Below, one piece after another: positions 1 through 10,901 of a stretch of 64,000 nucleotides of DNA. Within the stretch, counting starts at the first letter, position 1, and each line of letters starts with the position of its first letter. Position numbers and translations under genes: made by a program. The stretch is from positions 96,001-160,000 of the forward strand of contig CAVSBT010000017.1 of NCBI GenBank assembly GCA_963726245.1. The letters run 5' to 3'. A model generated the notes under the pieces. That model was given only the letters and a program-made list of their open reading frames with translations, was not told the DNA's origin and ran no database searches. Source of the stretch: an uncultured Chloroflexia bacterium (lineage in GTDB: Bacteria > Chloroflexota > Dehalococcoidia > DSTF01 > JALHUB01).

Positions 1-1796
1 GCCAAGGCGTCACTGGCGGCCGAGGAAACGGCCTATTGCAACGCTTGGACCGCCAGCCCTCCGGATCAGCCCGACTTCTGTTCGTCGCTGCCAAAAGAGC
101 CAATCTCCTCGACCGATGAAGCCAACCTGCTGGCGGTAAAGGCTGGCGGGGGGACGCTCCAGGCTCACGCTGGGTCGGTGCTGACTGCCAACTCGTCCTA
201 CAAGAACGCCCGGTCGGCGAAGGACAGCGCCGACGCCGCCGTTGACTCGGCTCAGGCGGACCTTGACACGGCCAACAGTAATCTCGCCACGGCGGAGGCA
301 GGCCCCACCAGCGCGGACATAGCCAAGGCGGACGCCTCCGTCACGGCGGCACAACAGGCGCTCGACACGGCGAACGCGAAGCTCACGGAGCTCAACGCGG
401 GGCCGACGGCGAGCGCGCTGGCTACAGCGCAGGAAAACGTCACAACGGCCCAGGGGGCGCTCGACACGGCGAAGGCGAAGCTTGCGGAGCTCAACCAGCC
501 GACGCAGAGCGACAAGGAGAAGGCGCAGCAAGACGTTGTCACGGCCCAGGCAGCGCTCGACACGGCGCAGGCGAAGCTCACCGAGCTCAACCAGGGGGCG
601 ACGGAGAGCAACCTGGCGAAGGCGCAGGACAGCGTTACTTCGGCGGCCGCGGCGCTCACTGCCACAGAGGCGAAGCGCAACGAGACTTACGCTGGCTCGA
701 CGCCGGAGGACATCCAGCTCCAGCGCAACCAGGTGCAGCTTGCTCAGCTCTCCGTGGCGCAGGCGCAAAAGAACCTCGACGGGGCAAAGCTGATCGCCCC
801 GTTCGACGGTACAGTGGCGGCGCTCAACATCGTGGTAGGTGACACGGCTTCCGGGACCAGTACAACTGCGCCAATCGTTCTCAACACGCCAAACGCGGTC
901 CGCCTCAATCTGACTGTTACCGAATCCGACCTGGCCAGTGTGAAGGCCGGCCAGTCGGGCGTCGCCACCTTCGATGCGATAACGGGCAGCGAGTTCCCCA
1001 TCGTCATCGACGCTGTCGGAACGAGTCCGACCACGACTCAGGGTGTCGTCACGTACGTGGTGAGGGCCCACTTCGTGACCGGAGCCGCGGCTGCTACGAC
1101 AGGGGGCGCGGCAGGTGGCGGCCGATTTAGAGGCGCGCGCAGGTGCCAACGCAACGCCGTCGGCCGGTACGCCTGCAGCGGGGGCCACTCCCTTTGCTGG
1201 GGGCAGGGTGCCGGGTGCCAGGGCAACGGCGGCGTCCGGCACGGCTGCAGCGGGAGGCACTCCCCCCGCTGGGGCCGGCGCGCCGGGTGGCAATGCAGCG
1301 CCGCCAGCCGGCACACCAGTGCCGGGGGCCACTCCTCCCGCAGGCGCGCCGAGTGGCGGTATGCCTGCACCGGCCGGCACACCTGTGGCGGGGGCCATTC
1401 CCCCCGCCGGCGCCACCACGCCGCAAGCCACCGCAACCAGCGAGGCGAAACCGCTGCCCGGCATGAACGCCACGGTGATCATCACAGTGCAGCAGGCCCA
1501 GAACGTGGTTACGGTTCCCGACCGCGCCATCCAGACTCAAGGAGGGAACAGCTCGGTCGAGGTGCAGCAGGCCGATGGTTCAACCGAGACGGTGGTCGTT
1601 CAGACGGGGCTCAGCGATGGCACGAACACCGAGATCACGTCAGGCCTGCAGGCGGGGCAGACGGTTATCCTCCCCGGCCGCACCACGACATCACGACATC
1701 AACGACGGCACAGGCCACGACCACCACACGCCGGAACGCAGGGGGTGGCTTCGAGTTCGGCGGCGGCGGCCCGCCAGGCGGGGCAGGTGGCGTGCC

Positions 1797-1800
<4 letters not shown>
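1..1800 (+). CDS. MacA/HlyD-type efflux periplasmic adaptor subunit (5'-truncated, apparent indels near 1130 and 1695)
   Basis: Ala/Gln coiled coil, then LIAPFDGTVAALNIVVGD and VTESDLASVKAGQ in frame 178. LPGMNATVII...VQTGLSDGTNTEITSGLQAGQTV continues in frame 1115. Directly upstream of an ABC ATPase and permease. Confidence 0.85.
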
Positions 1801-2521
<721 letters not shown>

Positions 2522-2525
<4 letters not shown>

Positions 2526-3779
2526 TCGCCTTCGACCTGATCCAGACGGCGTTCGTTGCGCTTACCACAAACAAGCTCCGCACCAGCCTCACCGTGCTGG
2601 GCATCGTCATCGGCGTGGGCGCCGTGATCGCCCTCATGGCGGCCGGCCAGGGTGCGCAAGAGGGCGTGACCAAACAGGTGCGAGGGCTCGGCAGCAACCT
2701 CCTTGTCATCGCACCCACACAAACCCAGCAGAGCGGCCCTGTCCGCACGGAGGCATCTACGCTCACTGCCCAGGACGCCGCCGCGATCAGGGATACCAGT
2801 AGCTTTCCGTACGTCGGGGGGGTAGTCGCCCAATACGAGCTGAATTTGGACACGCAGCTCCTCGGCAACGGGCGGAACACCACGGCCAGCATAACCGCGA
2901 CCCAGCCGGACTTCGAATACGTGCGAAGTTACACTGTCGCGGCCGGCAGGTTCATCACCGAGGACGACATCACGCGGAAGACGACGAACGTGGTCCTGGG
3001 CGCGCAGGTGGCCGCAGATCTCTTCGACACGGCAGACAACGCGGTCGGCAAGGATGTGCGTCTCAGCTTCGGGCCGTTTTCCCAGAATCTCACCGTGATC
3101 GGTGTCATGGAGCAGCGGGGCGCGTCCGGAAGCGGCACCGACGACACTCAGATATACCTTCCGCTGACCTCGTTTCTGGCGCGGATACCCTTCGCCCGCA
3201 ACGCGCGCGGGACGCAGAGTGTCCAGGAGATCCTCGTCAAGGTGACGGACAGCGGCAAGCTTAATCAGACGCAGCAAAACATCCAGCAGCTCTTGCTCGA
3301 GCGCCACAGCAACACCGCGGACTTCACCGTCAAGACCCAGAACGATCTCCTCAGCACTGCGAACAAGGTTAGTCGCACGATGACGATCCTCCTGGGCGCC
3401 ATCGCCGGCATCTCGCTGGTGGTCGGCGGCATCGGCATCATGAACATCATGCTCGTGTCGGTAACGGAGCGGACGCGCGAGATCGGTATCCGGAAGGCGG
3501 TCGGCGCCAGCAGCCGGCGACATCCTCATGCAGTTCATCATCGAGGCGGTGATCGTCACGCTGGCGGGGGGAATAATCGGCGTGCTTGTGGGCGTCGTCG
3601 CCGCGCGGGTCGCCAACGGCCAGGATTTCGGCACCGGCTCGCCGGTAGCGACGGTGGTGACCCCGCTGAGCATCTTCGCCGCCTTCGGCGTGTCGGTCCT
3701 GATCGGGCTCTTCTTCGGCATCTACCCCGCGTTCCGGGCCTCCCGCCTGGACCCGATCGAGGCGCTGCGGGCGGAGTGA
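2522..3779 (+). CDS. MacB/FtsX-like ABC permease (apparent frameshift ~3518)
   Basis: NKLRTSLTVLGIVIGV and GGIGIMNIMLVSVTERTREIGIRKAVGA; the C-terminus FFGIYPAFRASRLDPIEALRAE lies in frame 3528. Confidence 0.92.
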
Positions 3780-4249
3780 GCGAGACCCGACAGATTCGCG
3801 GGCATCTGGTGGGCCTGGTTGCCTGCCCAACGCAGCCCTGATGGTCTGCAGCTACGATTCCTTCCCCTGGCCCCTTCGCCGGTCGCCGAGACCGTAGCGG
3901 CGACATTATGGCGTTAATCCAAATAGCCTAGTCCTGCGGATTGAAATCCGCAGCTTCCTCGAAGCTGAGGGTTCAACTCTCAGATGCGAATCTAGATACT
4001 TGAATGCCTTCAGGTCGCCACCACGGCGATCCCCATCGGCCGTGCCGGCCGGGAGGCGGGCCTTCGCGAATCTTGCGGGCGGCGTCCGGACTCCCCGGTG
4101 CGCGCTCTCTGACGCCTCATACGGCCGCCGTACGTCGATCGCCGCACTCAAGACAAACCCAAGATCGGTCGACACTAATACAGGAGAAGGAGGCTCCTAT
4201 TGGTGCCTCCTTCGGACGTTTAGTGCGTTCAGCAAGGGGAGGTCTTTTG

Positions 4250-4615
4250 ATGGAGGCCAAGACGGAAGCCAGGAGACGGCGGGGTGAGGGCGGCTTCACG
4301 CTGGTAGAGCTGCTTATCGTCGTGGCGATTCTCGCCGTTCTCGTCGCTGTCGTGCTGCCCAACTTCACGGGCTTGCTCGGCAGCAGCAAAACCACGGCCG
4401 CGGACGCCGAGAATGTCATCGTGCAGACGGCGGTTGATGCAAGGATGGCGGCCGAGAGTATGGCGACCTACGACCCGGTTGTGGCCACGGGGACCGACAA
4501 CATGACGACACTCGGGCTGTACCCGGACTACATGCGGAGCCAGACCACGAATTGCTCCTACACTGTGGACGCTTCAGGCACGGTCGCGCAGGAGGCAGAC
4601 AGCTGCAAGAAGTGA
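4250..4615 (+). CDS. pilA: Type IV major pilin (class III signal peptide)
   Basis: MEAKTEARRRRGEGG|FTLVELLIVVAILAVLVAVVLP; RBS AGGGGAGG upstream; two C-terminal Cys; first gene of the pil operon. Confidence 0.88.
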   Translation: MEAKTEARRRRGEGGFTLVELLIVVAILAVLVAVVLPNFTGLLGSSKTTAADAENVIVQTAVDARMAAESMATYDPVVATGTDNMTTLGLYPDYMRSQTTNCSYTVDASGTVAQEADSCKK

Positions 4616-4716
4616 CGGGCCTGGCCCACGTAGGAGGTCCGTCGCGCGGACGGCCTGACGTCCGGATATGAGGTGTGCCGGGCGATGCCCGCGCACGAAG
4701 CGACAAGTTCAGCCAG

Positions 4717-4860
4717 ACGTAAGGACGGAGCTTCCCCGCCGAAGGCGGCCAGACGGCCGCCCGTCTGGGCCGGTCCGCCTATTGGGGGAAACTCCGTCCT
4801 CGAGGCAGCCGAAGGGGGCGGACGGAGCTAGAGCTCCGTCCTCTCGGCCTCACTTGACGT
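4717..4860. repeat. REP/REPIN-like nested palindromic element between pilA and pilB
   Basis: AGGACGGAG(4722-30)/CTCCGTCCT(4792-800), TTCCCC/GGGGAA and CCAGACGG/CCGTCTGG stems, plus a second hairpin GGACGGAGCT-AG-AGCTCCGTCC (4820-41). Resembles elements at 47402 and 53199. Confidence 0.7.
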
Positions 4861-4871
4861 AAGGGACTGCG

Positions 4872-6575
4872 ATGGCTGTGTCTACACTAGCACCACCCCT
4901 GAAGAAGCTCGGCGAGATGCTCATCGAAGCCGGGCTGCTGACGCGCGAGCAGCTCGACCGGGCGGTGGACGAGGCCAGGCAGCAACAGAAGCGGCTGGGC
5001 GAGTACCTGGTCGACGAGCAGCTTGTCACGCCCGAAGACCTGGCGATGACGCTCAGCGTCCAGCTCAAGCTGCCAATCATCGACCTGAGACGCCACCCCG
5101 TACAGCCGGAGGCTATCAAGCTCGTCCCGGAGGAGTATGCCCGCCGCTACGACCTGATACCCATCGAAGTCTCCGACGGCACGCTGGTCGTGGTGATGGC
5201 CGACCCGGCGAACATCCAGGTCGTGGAAGACCTGAAGACACAGGCCAGGATGGCCATCCAGCCCGCTGTCGGCATTCCCAACGATATCCGCGAGGCGGTG
5301 AATCGCAACTACCGGGCCAGCGTCGAGATCGAGGAGCAGATGAGCCGTGTGGCCCCCGAGGAGGGGGCCGAAGCGGCGGCCGAAGAGGCCCTCACGGCCG
5401 ACCTCGTCGCCCAGACGCCCATAGTCCGGACCCTAGACCTCCTCATCGCCCAGGCGGTCCGTGACCGCGCGTCCGACATCCACCTCGAGCCGCAGGAGAT
5501 GAACCTGCGCGTCCGCTACCGCATCGACGGCATCCTGCACGAGGTGCAGGAACTGCCCCTTAGCGTTCACCTTCCCCTGGTCTCCAGGTTGAAGGTGATG
5601 GCGGGCATGAACATCGCCGAGCGACGGCGCCCTCAAGACGGGCAGTTCTCCGTCGAGATCGAGGGCAAGGAGGTGGACTTCCGCGTCGCCACGTCCGACA
5701 GCGCCCACGGCGAGATGGTGGTGCTGCGGGTGCTGGACAAGTCGCTCTCCCTACTTACCCTGACGGACCTGGGGTTTCTTCCAGAGGCCCTGGAGCGCTA
5801 TTCTCACATGCTGCGGACGCCCTTCGGGATGATCCTGGTGGGAGGACCGACCGGCTCCGGCAAGACGACGACCCTCTACTCCTCCGTCAACCAGCTCGAC
5901 CGCCGGGCGCGCAACATCGTCACGGTTGAGGACCCTATCGAGTACCATTTCGAGGGCATCAACCAGATCCAGGTCAACCCGCGGGCGGACATGACCTTCG
6001 CCGGCGGGCTGCGTGCCATCATGCGGCTGGACCCCGACGTAATCCTTGTCGGAGAGATACGTGACCACGAGACGGCCAGGATGGCCACGCAGGCCGCCCT
6101 CACCGGGCACCTGGTCCTCTCCTCCATCCACGCCAACGACGCCGTGGGTGTGCTCTTCCGGCTCTTGGACCTGGGCGTCGAGCCCTTCCTCATCTCATCG
6201 GCCCTGGTGGGCGCGATCTCCCAGCGGATGGTCCGTCGCGTCTGCCCGCGCTGCCGGAGCCTGTCCGAGGTGCCGGCGGAGGAGCGACAGGCCTATGAGG
6301 TGGAGCTGGGCGAAGCGCCGGAGAAGCTCTACTACGGGGCCGGCTGCAACTTCTGCGCCAACACCGGCTACCTGGGCCGGACAGGCGTGTTCGAGGTCCT
6401 CACGCTCGGCGAGGAGCTTCGGCGCATGCTCCTGCGCGGCGCAAGCTCTGGCGAAATGAAAGCCCTGGCCACGAGCGAAGGCATGATCCCCCTGCGACGG
6501 GACGGCATGCTGAAGGTCCAGCAGGGCGTCACAACGCCGCACGAAGTGATCAGAAACATCTTCACCATCGCCTAG
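4872..6575 (+). CDS. pilB: Type IV pilus extension ATPase PilB/GspE with N-terminal MshEN-like domain
   Basis: ASDIHLEP, GPTGSGKTTT, TVEDPIE, RLDPDVILVGEIRD and ALTGHLVLSSIHAN; zinc motif CPRC...CNFC. Confidence 0.95.
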   Translation: MAVSTLAPPLKKLGEMLIEAGLLTREQLDRAVDEARQQQKRLGEYLVDEQLVTPEDLAMTLSVQLKLPIIDLRRHPVQPEAIKLVPEEYARRYDLIPIEVSDGTLVVVMADPANIQVVEDLKTQARMAIQPAVGIPNDIREAVNRNYRASVEIEEQMSRVAPEEGAEAAAEEALTADLVAQTPIVRTLDLLIAQAVRDRASDIHLEPQEMNLRVRYRIDGILHEVQELPLSVHLPLVSRLKVMAGMNIAERRRPQDGQFSVEIEGKEVDFRVATSDSAHGEMVVLRVLDKSLSLLTLTDLGFLPEALERYSHMLRTPFGMILVGGPTGSGKTTTLYSSVNQLDRRARNIVTVEDPIEYHFEGINQIQVNPRADMTFAGGLRAIMRLDPDVILVGEIRDHETARMATQAALTGHLVLSSIHANDAVGVLFRLLDLGVEPFLISSALVGAISQRMVRRVCPRCRSLSEVPAEERQAYEVELGEAPEKLYYGAGCNFCANTGYLGRTGVFEVLTLGEELRRMLLRGASSGEMKALATSEGMIPLRRDGMLKVQQGVTTPHEVIRNIFTIA

Positions 6576-6590
6576 ACCGGAGAGGGCAGC

Positions 6591-7796
6591 TTGGCCTACA
6601 GATACGTCGCCTTCACACCGTCGGGTGAGCAAATAAGGGGCTCGATAGACGCCCCTACTGAGGATGTGGCCGAACGCGCCCTCTGGGACTGGGGCTACAA
6701 GATCGTCACCCTCCGGCGGTCGTGGGCGGCGCCGCAGCTCGATAAGATACTGCCAACCCTCTTCAACATCAAGACACAGGAGATCATCACCGTCTGCCGG
6801 CAGATGGCCACACTCGTCGAGTCGGGCATCGCCGTGCTGCCTGCCCTCGAGCTCCTGGGAAGGCAGGCACGCCCCCGGCTGCGACGGGTCCTGGACGACA
6901 TCGTTCAGGCCATCAAGCAGGGCGCCTCCTTCTCCGACGCGTTGCGAGAGCATCCTCAGGTCTTCCCGCCTATCTTCGGTCACATGATCGCCATAGGCGA
7001 GCGGACTGGAAACCTGGAGATGGTGCTGCGACAACTGGCGGAGCACATGGAAAAGGAACAGGCGATCATCAAGCGGGTGCGAGGAGCCATGGCTTACCCG
7101 GCCTTTGTCATGCTACTGGCTGTCGGTGTCGTGGGCATCCTGGTGACGACGGCGCTGCCGCCCCTGCTTGGCCTCTTCGATGAGTTCGGCGCTCAGCCCC
7201 CCCTTCCCACGAGAATCCTCTTGGGGGTCAGCCACTTCGCGACCACCTACAAGCTCCACATGGCTGTGGGGCTGGTCGCGGTCGTGGGCATGGGGGCCCT
7301 CTATATCAGGCAGCCCTCCGGCCGCAGACAGCTTGATTATCTTCTGCTGCGGCTTCCCCTTTTCGGGCCTATCACGAGACTGAGCAACGCATCTCGCTTC
7401 AGCAGGACGATGGCGATCCTCTTGAGGGCCGGATTGCCCCTCTCCGAAGTCATGGATTTGATCATTCACACCACACAGAACCGGATCTTGAATGAGTCCA
7501 TGGAAGAGGTCCGCGACAAGCTGCTCAGAGGCGAGGGCCTCTCGAAGCCGCTAGCCGGCTCCAAGATGTTCCCGCCGATGCTCGTGCAGATGGTGGAGGT
7601 AGGCGAGGAGACGGGTACGCTGGACAGCAACCTGGAGACGATGGCCGAGTTCTACGCCCGAGAGGTCGACGAGCGGATCAACACGCTGACCGCCATGATC
7701 GAGCCCGCCATGACCCTCGTCATGGGCGGCATCGTCGCCTTCATCGCCATCTCCATCATCATGCCCATGTACAGCATCATGCAGTCCATTCGCTAG
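6591..7796 (+). CDS. pilC: Type IV pilus platform protein PilC/GspF
   Basis: RQMATLVESGI, GERTGNL, AMAYP, VGEETGTLD and IEP...IIMPMY; follows pilB. Confidence 0.93.
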   Translation: MAYRYVAFTPSGEQIRGSIDAPTEDVAERALWDWGYKIVTLRRSWAAPQLDKILPTLFNIKTQEIITVCRQMATLVESGIAVLPALELLGRQARPRLRRVLDDIVQAIKQGASFSDALREHPQVFPPIFGHMIAIGERTGNLEMVLRQLAEHMEKEQAIIKRVRGAMAYPAFVMLLAVGVVGILVTTALPPLLGLFDEFGAQPPLPTRILLGVSHFATTYKLHMAVGLVAVVGMGALYIRQPSGRRQLDYLLLRLPLFGPITRLSNASRFSRTMAILLRAGLPLSEVMDLIIHTTQNRILNESMEEVRDKLLRGEGLSKPLAGSKMFPPMLVQMVEVGEETGTLDSNLETMAEFYAREVDERINTLTAMIEPAMTLVMGGIVAFIAISIIMPMYSIMQSIR

Positions 7797-7798
7797 CC

Positions 7799-8244
7799 AT
7801 GAGCGCGTCCAGGAAGGCAAAGTCGGAAGGCCGGGGGAACAAGCGCGGACGGCCCGCGCCGGCCCACGCCAGCCTCGGGCAGCCGCGGGCGAGGAGGGTT
7901 TGGGGCTGGTCGAAGTGCTGGTTGCCGTCGCCATCCTCGGCATGACGTTGGTCGCGCTCCTGGCCGCCCTCTCGACGGGCTCGATAGGCGTCACCACCAC
8001 GGATAGCGAGGTGACAGCCGCGAACCTGGCCCGCTCCCAGCTCGAGTACACCAGGAGCCAGCCGTACGCCGAGGTTCCCACTGAATACGCCACAGTGACG
8101 CCGCCGGCCGGATACACCGTGTCAGTACAGGCCGCCTCCATCCCCGAGCCCGTCACCGACACCAACATCCAGAAGATCACCGTTATCGTTGCCAGAGACG
8201 GCAAGACGCTGGCGACGGTTGAAGACTACAAGGTCAAGAGATGA
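7799..8244 (+). CDS. Minor type IV pilin (leader apparently frameshifted)
   Basis: GEEG|LGLVEVLVAVAILG with E5 retained. The ATG at 7799 gives a basic leader but is one base out of frame. Confidence 0.75.
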
Positions 8245-10828
8245 AGGCGAGGAGAGGCGAGTCGGGCTTCACCCTGGTCGAGCTGCTGGTGGCCCTGGCC
8301 ATCGGCTCGGCTGTCATCGGCCTCCTCTCGACGGTTCTCTTCCAGTTCTTCAGCACCACCGGTCAGGGCCACGACAGGCTGGCGGTGCTGCACGACCATG
8401 ACATCGCCTTCGGGTGGCTCAATCGCGATGCGCAGATGGCGGTGCCCGAACTTGCGACGGTGGTCCCCTCCGGCGTCACCCTCTACTGGTCGGACGAGGT
8501 CGCCGGCACGACCTACCAGGCCTCGTACACGCAGTCGGGCTCGGACCTGGTGCGCGCCCTAATGGTGGACGGGACGCCGTCGAGCCAGACGGTGGCCCGC
8601 AACCTGGCCGCAGCCCCGGAAGGGTTCAGCGCCTCCAAGAGCGGCAACCTGGTTACAGTGAGCATCACGTCGGCGAAGGGGGCGGTCACTCAGGCCCGGA
8701 CGGAGTCCATCTATATGCGGCCCCTGGGGGTGACGACCACTCCCTTCCCAACGCAGCTTCCGACCGCCACGCCGACGCCCACTTCGACGCCTACGAGCAC
8801 GCCCACACCGACGGCCACCAGCACGCCTACGCCAAGACGAGTACGCCTACGCCGACCAACACGCCGACACCGACGCCCACCAACACGCGGACACCGACGC
8901 CCACCAACACGCCGACGGCGACGCCCACCAACACGCCGACGGCGACGCCTACCAACACGCCGACGGCGACGCCCACCAACACGCCGACGGCGACGCCTAC
9001 CAACACGCCGACGCCAGACGCCAACGCCGACCAACACGCCGACGCCACCACTATCACGCCGACGGCGACGCCTACCAACACGCCCACGCCGACGCCTGTC
9101 TGCGCTGCCATATCGCTCGTCCATAAGTACAGCGCCGTCGTGGGCGACGGAACCAACGGCTTCTCCAGCATCACCGCTACGTACACCACCGCGCCTACGG
9201 CAGGCAACCTGCTGATCGCCGTCTTCGGCGAGAGCGGCAGCAACAACATCAACACGCCGAGCGGCTGGCAGGTCGCCGTCGTCTATCAGAACACCTCGCC
9301 GGGCGGCGCGATCTTCTACAAGATAGCCTCCGGCTCCGAATCCACCGTCACCGTGACGACCACCGGTGGTAGTTCGACCTCCTACGGCATGGGATTGCAG
9401 CTCTATGAGTACAGCGGCATGGCCGCTACCTCGCCGCTCGATGCCGTCGCAACGCCCAGTTCGGGCAGCGGCACGTCTCTGACATCGGGGAGCCTCACGA
9501 CCACGCAGGCCTGCGACCTGCTTATGTCGGGGGCCGCTATCAACACCGCCGCCACCTTCACCTGGGGCAGCTCCTTCACCGAAGAGTTCGACTTCCACAA
9601 CGGCGGCACCAACGAACGTTCTTTCAGCGGTGCAGACCGCGCGGTTGCGTCTACCGGCAGCTACTCTTCCTCGGCGACCGCCAGCGCGTCCGCTGCCTGG
9701 AGCGCGCTGCTGGCCGCGTTCAAGATGGCTGCTCCGACGCCGACGCCTACCAACACGCCGACGCCGACGCCTACCAACACGCCGACGCCCACGGCCACGC
9801 CTACCAACACGCCGACGGCCACGTTCACGAATACGCCGACGGCGACGCCTACAAACACGCCAACGGCCACGTTCACGAATACGCCGACGCCGACGGCCAC
9901 GCCCACCAACACGCCAACGGCCACTCCCTCCGATACGCCGACGCCCACGCCAACAAGCACCGCGACTCCTTCGCCGATGTGGCTGACGACGGGCACCTAC
10001 ACGGGCAACGGCGTCGACGGCAGGCAGATTACCGGTGTCGGCTTCCAGCCGGATGTCGTCATCATTAAGGCCGCTACCAATCGCGCAGGCGTGATCCGCA
10101 CGAGCACGATGTCCGGTGACCAGGCCAAGGTCCTGGGTACCACCACGGCGCTTCAGCCCAACTACATCCAATCATTCATCGCCGATGGCTTTACGGTGGG
10201 CACGGCTGTCCAAGTCAACACGTCAGGTGTGACTTACTACTGGGTGGCGATGAAAGCCGGCAGCAACCTGCATCTCGGCACCTATGTCGGCAACGGCGCC
10301 GACAACCGGTCCATCGCCGGCGTCGGCTTCCAGCCGGTCTGGGTGATCACCCTGGGGGACGGCAACGACTCGGCCTTCCGGCCCGCCGCCTTGGCCGGCG
10401 ACAACTCGTATCTGATGACCGGCACCGGCACGATAACGAATCGTATTCAGGCCCTGCAGGCCGATGGCTTCCAGGTCGGCAGCAACGTGGACGTCAACCA
10501 GTCCGGCACGACCTTCCACTACATTGCCTGGGCGGCGAGCGCCCAGGTATCCCAACAGACCTACACAGGAAATGGCTTGGACAACCGGTCGATTGCCGGC
10601 GTCGGCTTCCAGCCGCAGGTTGTCTGGGTGAAGCGTGACGACGCGCAGGCGTCAGTGTGGCGTCCCGCGAGCGCCGCCGGCGACACAACCCTGTACTGGG
10701 CCGCGACGGCGGCCACGACGAACCGCATCCAGGCGCTCCAGGCGGACGGCTTCCAGGTGGGCACAAATGCCCAGGTCAACACTAATGGCAGCACCTACTA
10801 TTATCTGGCGCTCCGCGACGGCCGTTAA
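8241..10828 (+). CDS. Giant modular minor pilin: pilin head, Pro/Thr linker, beta-rich domain, Pro/Thr linker, three GTYTGNG/GFQP repeats (apparent frameshift ~8835)
   Basis: MKARRGESG|[13 protein letters not shown] in frame 8241. The TPT repeats switch to frame 8414 at ~8835 and run open to the TAA at 10828. Confidence 0.8.
8760..9097 (+). repeat. Coding tandem repeat encoding (TPTNTPTA/P)n linker 1
   Basis: Repeated ACGCC(C/T)ACCAACACGCCGACGGCG units. Confidence 0.9.
9734..9976 (+). repeat. Coding tandem repeat encoding Pro/Thr linker 2
   Basis: Repeated CCGACGCCGACGCCTACCAACACG-like units. Confidence 0.9.
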
Positions 10829-10901
10829 TAACATGAGCGACCAGAACAGGAGCGGAACGTTTCCGGCCGGGCTTGCCGGCCGTGGTCGCAGGCATCGGGA
10901 T

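Noticed and set aside
8760-9976. Tandem repeats as a CRISPR array
   Set aside because: In-frame Pro/Thr coding repeats with no unique spacers and no cas genes.
9977-10828. Triple C-terminal repeats or other duplications as DGR TR/VR pairs
   Set aside because: All copies are coding, differences are not adenine-specific by eye, and no reverse transcriptase is in the window.
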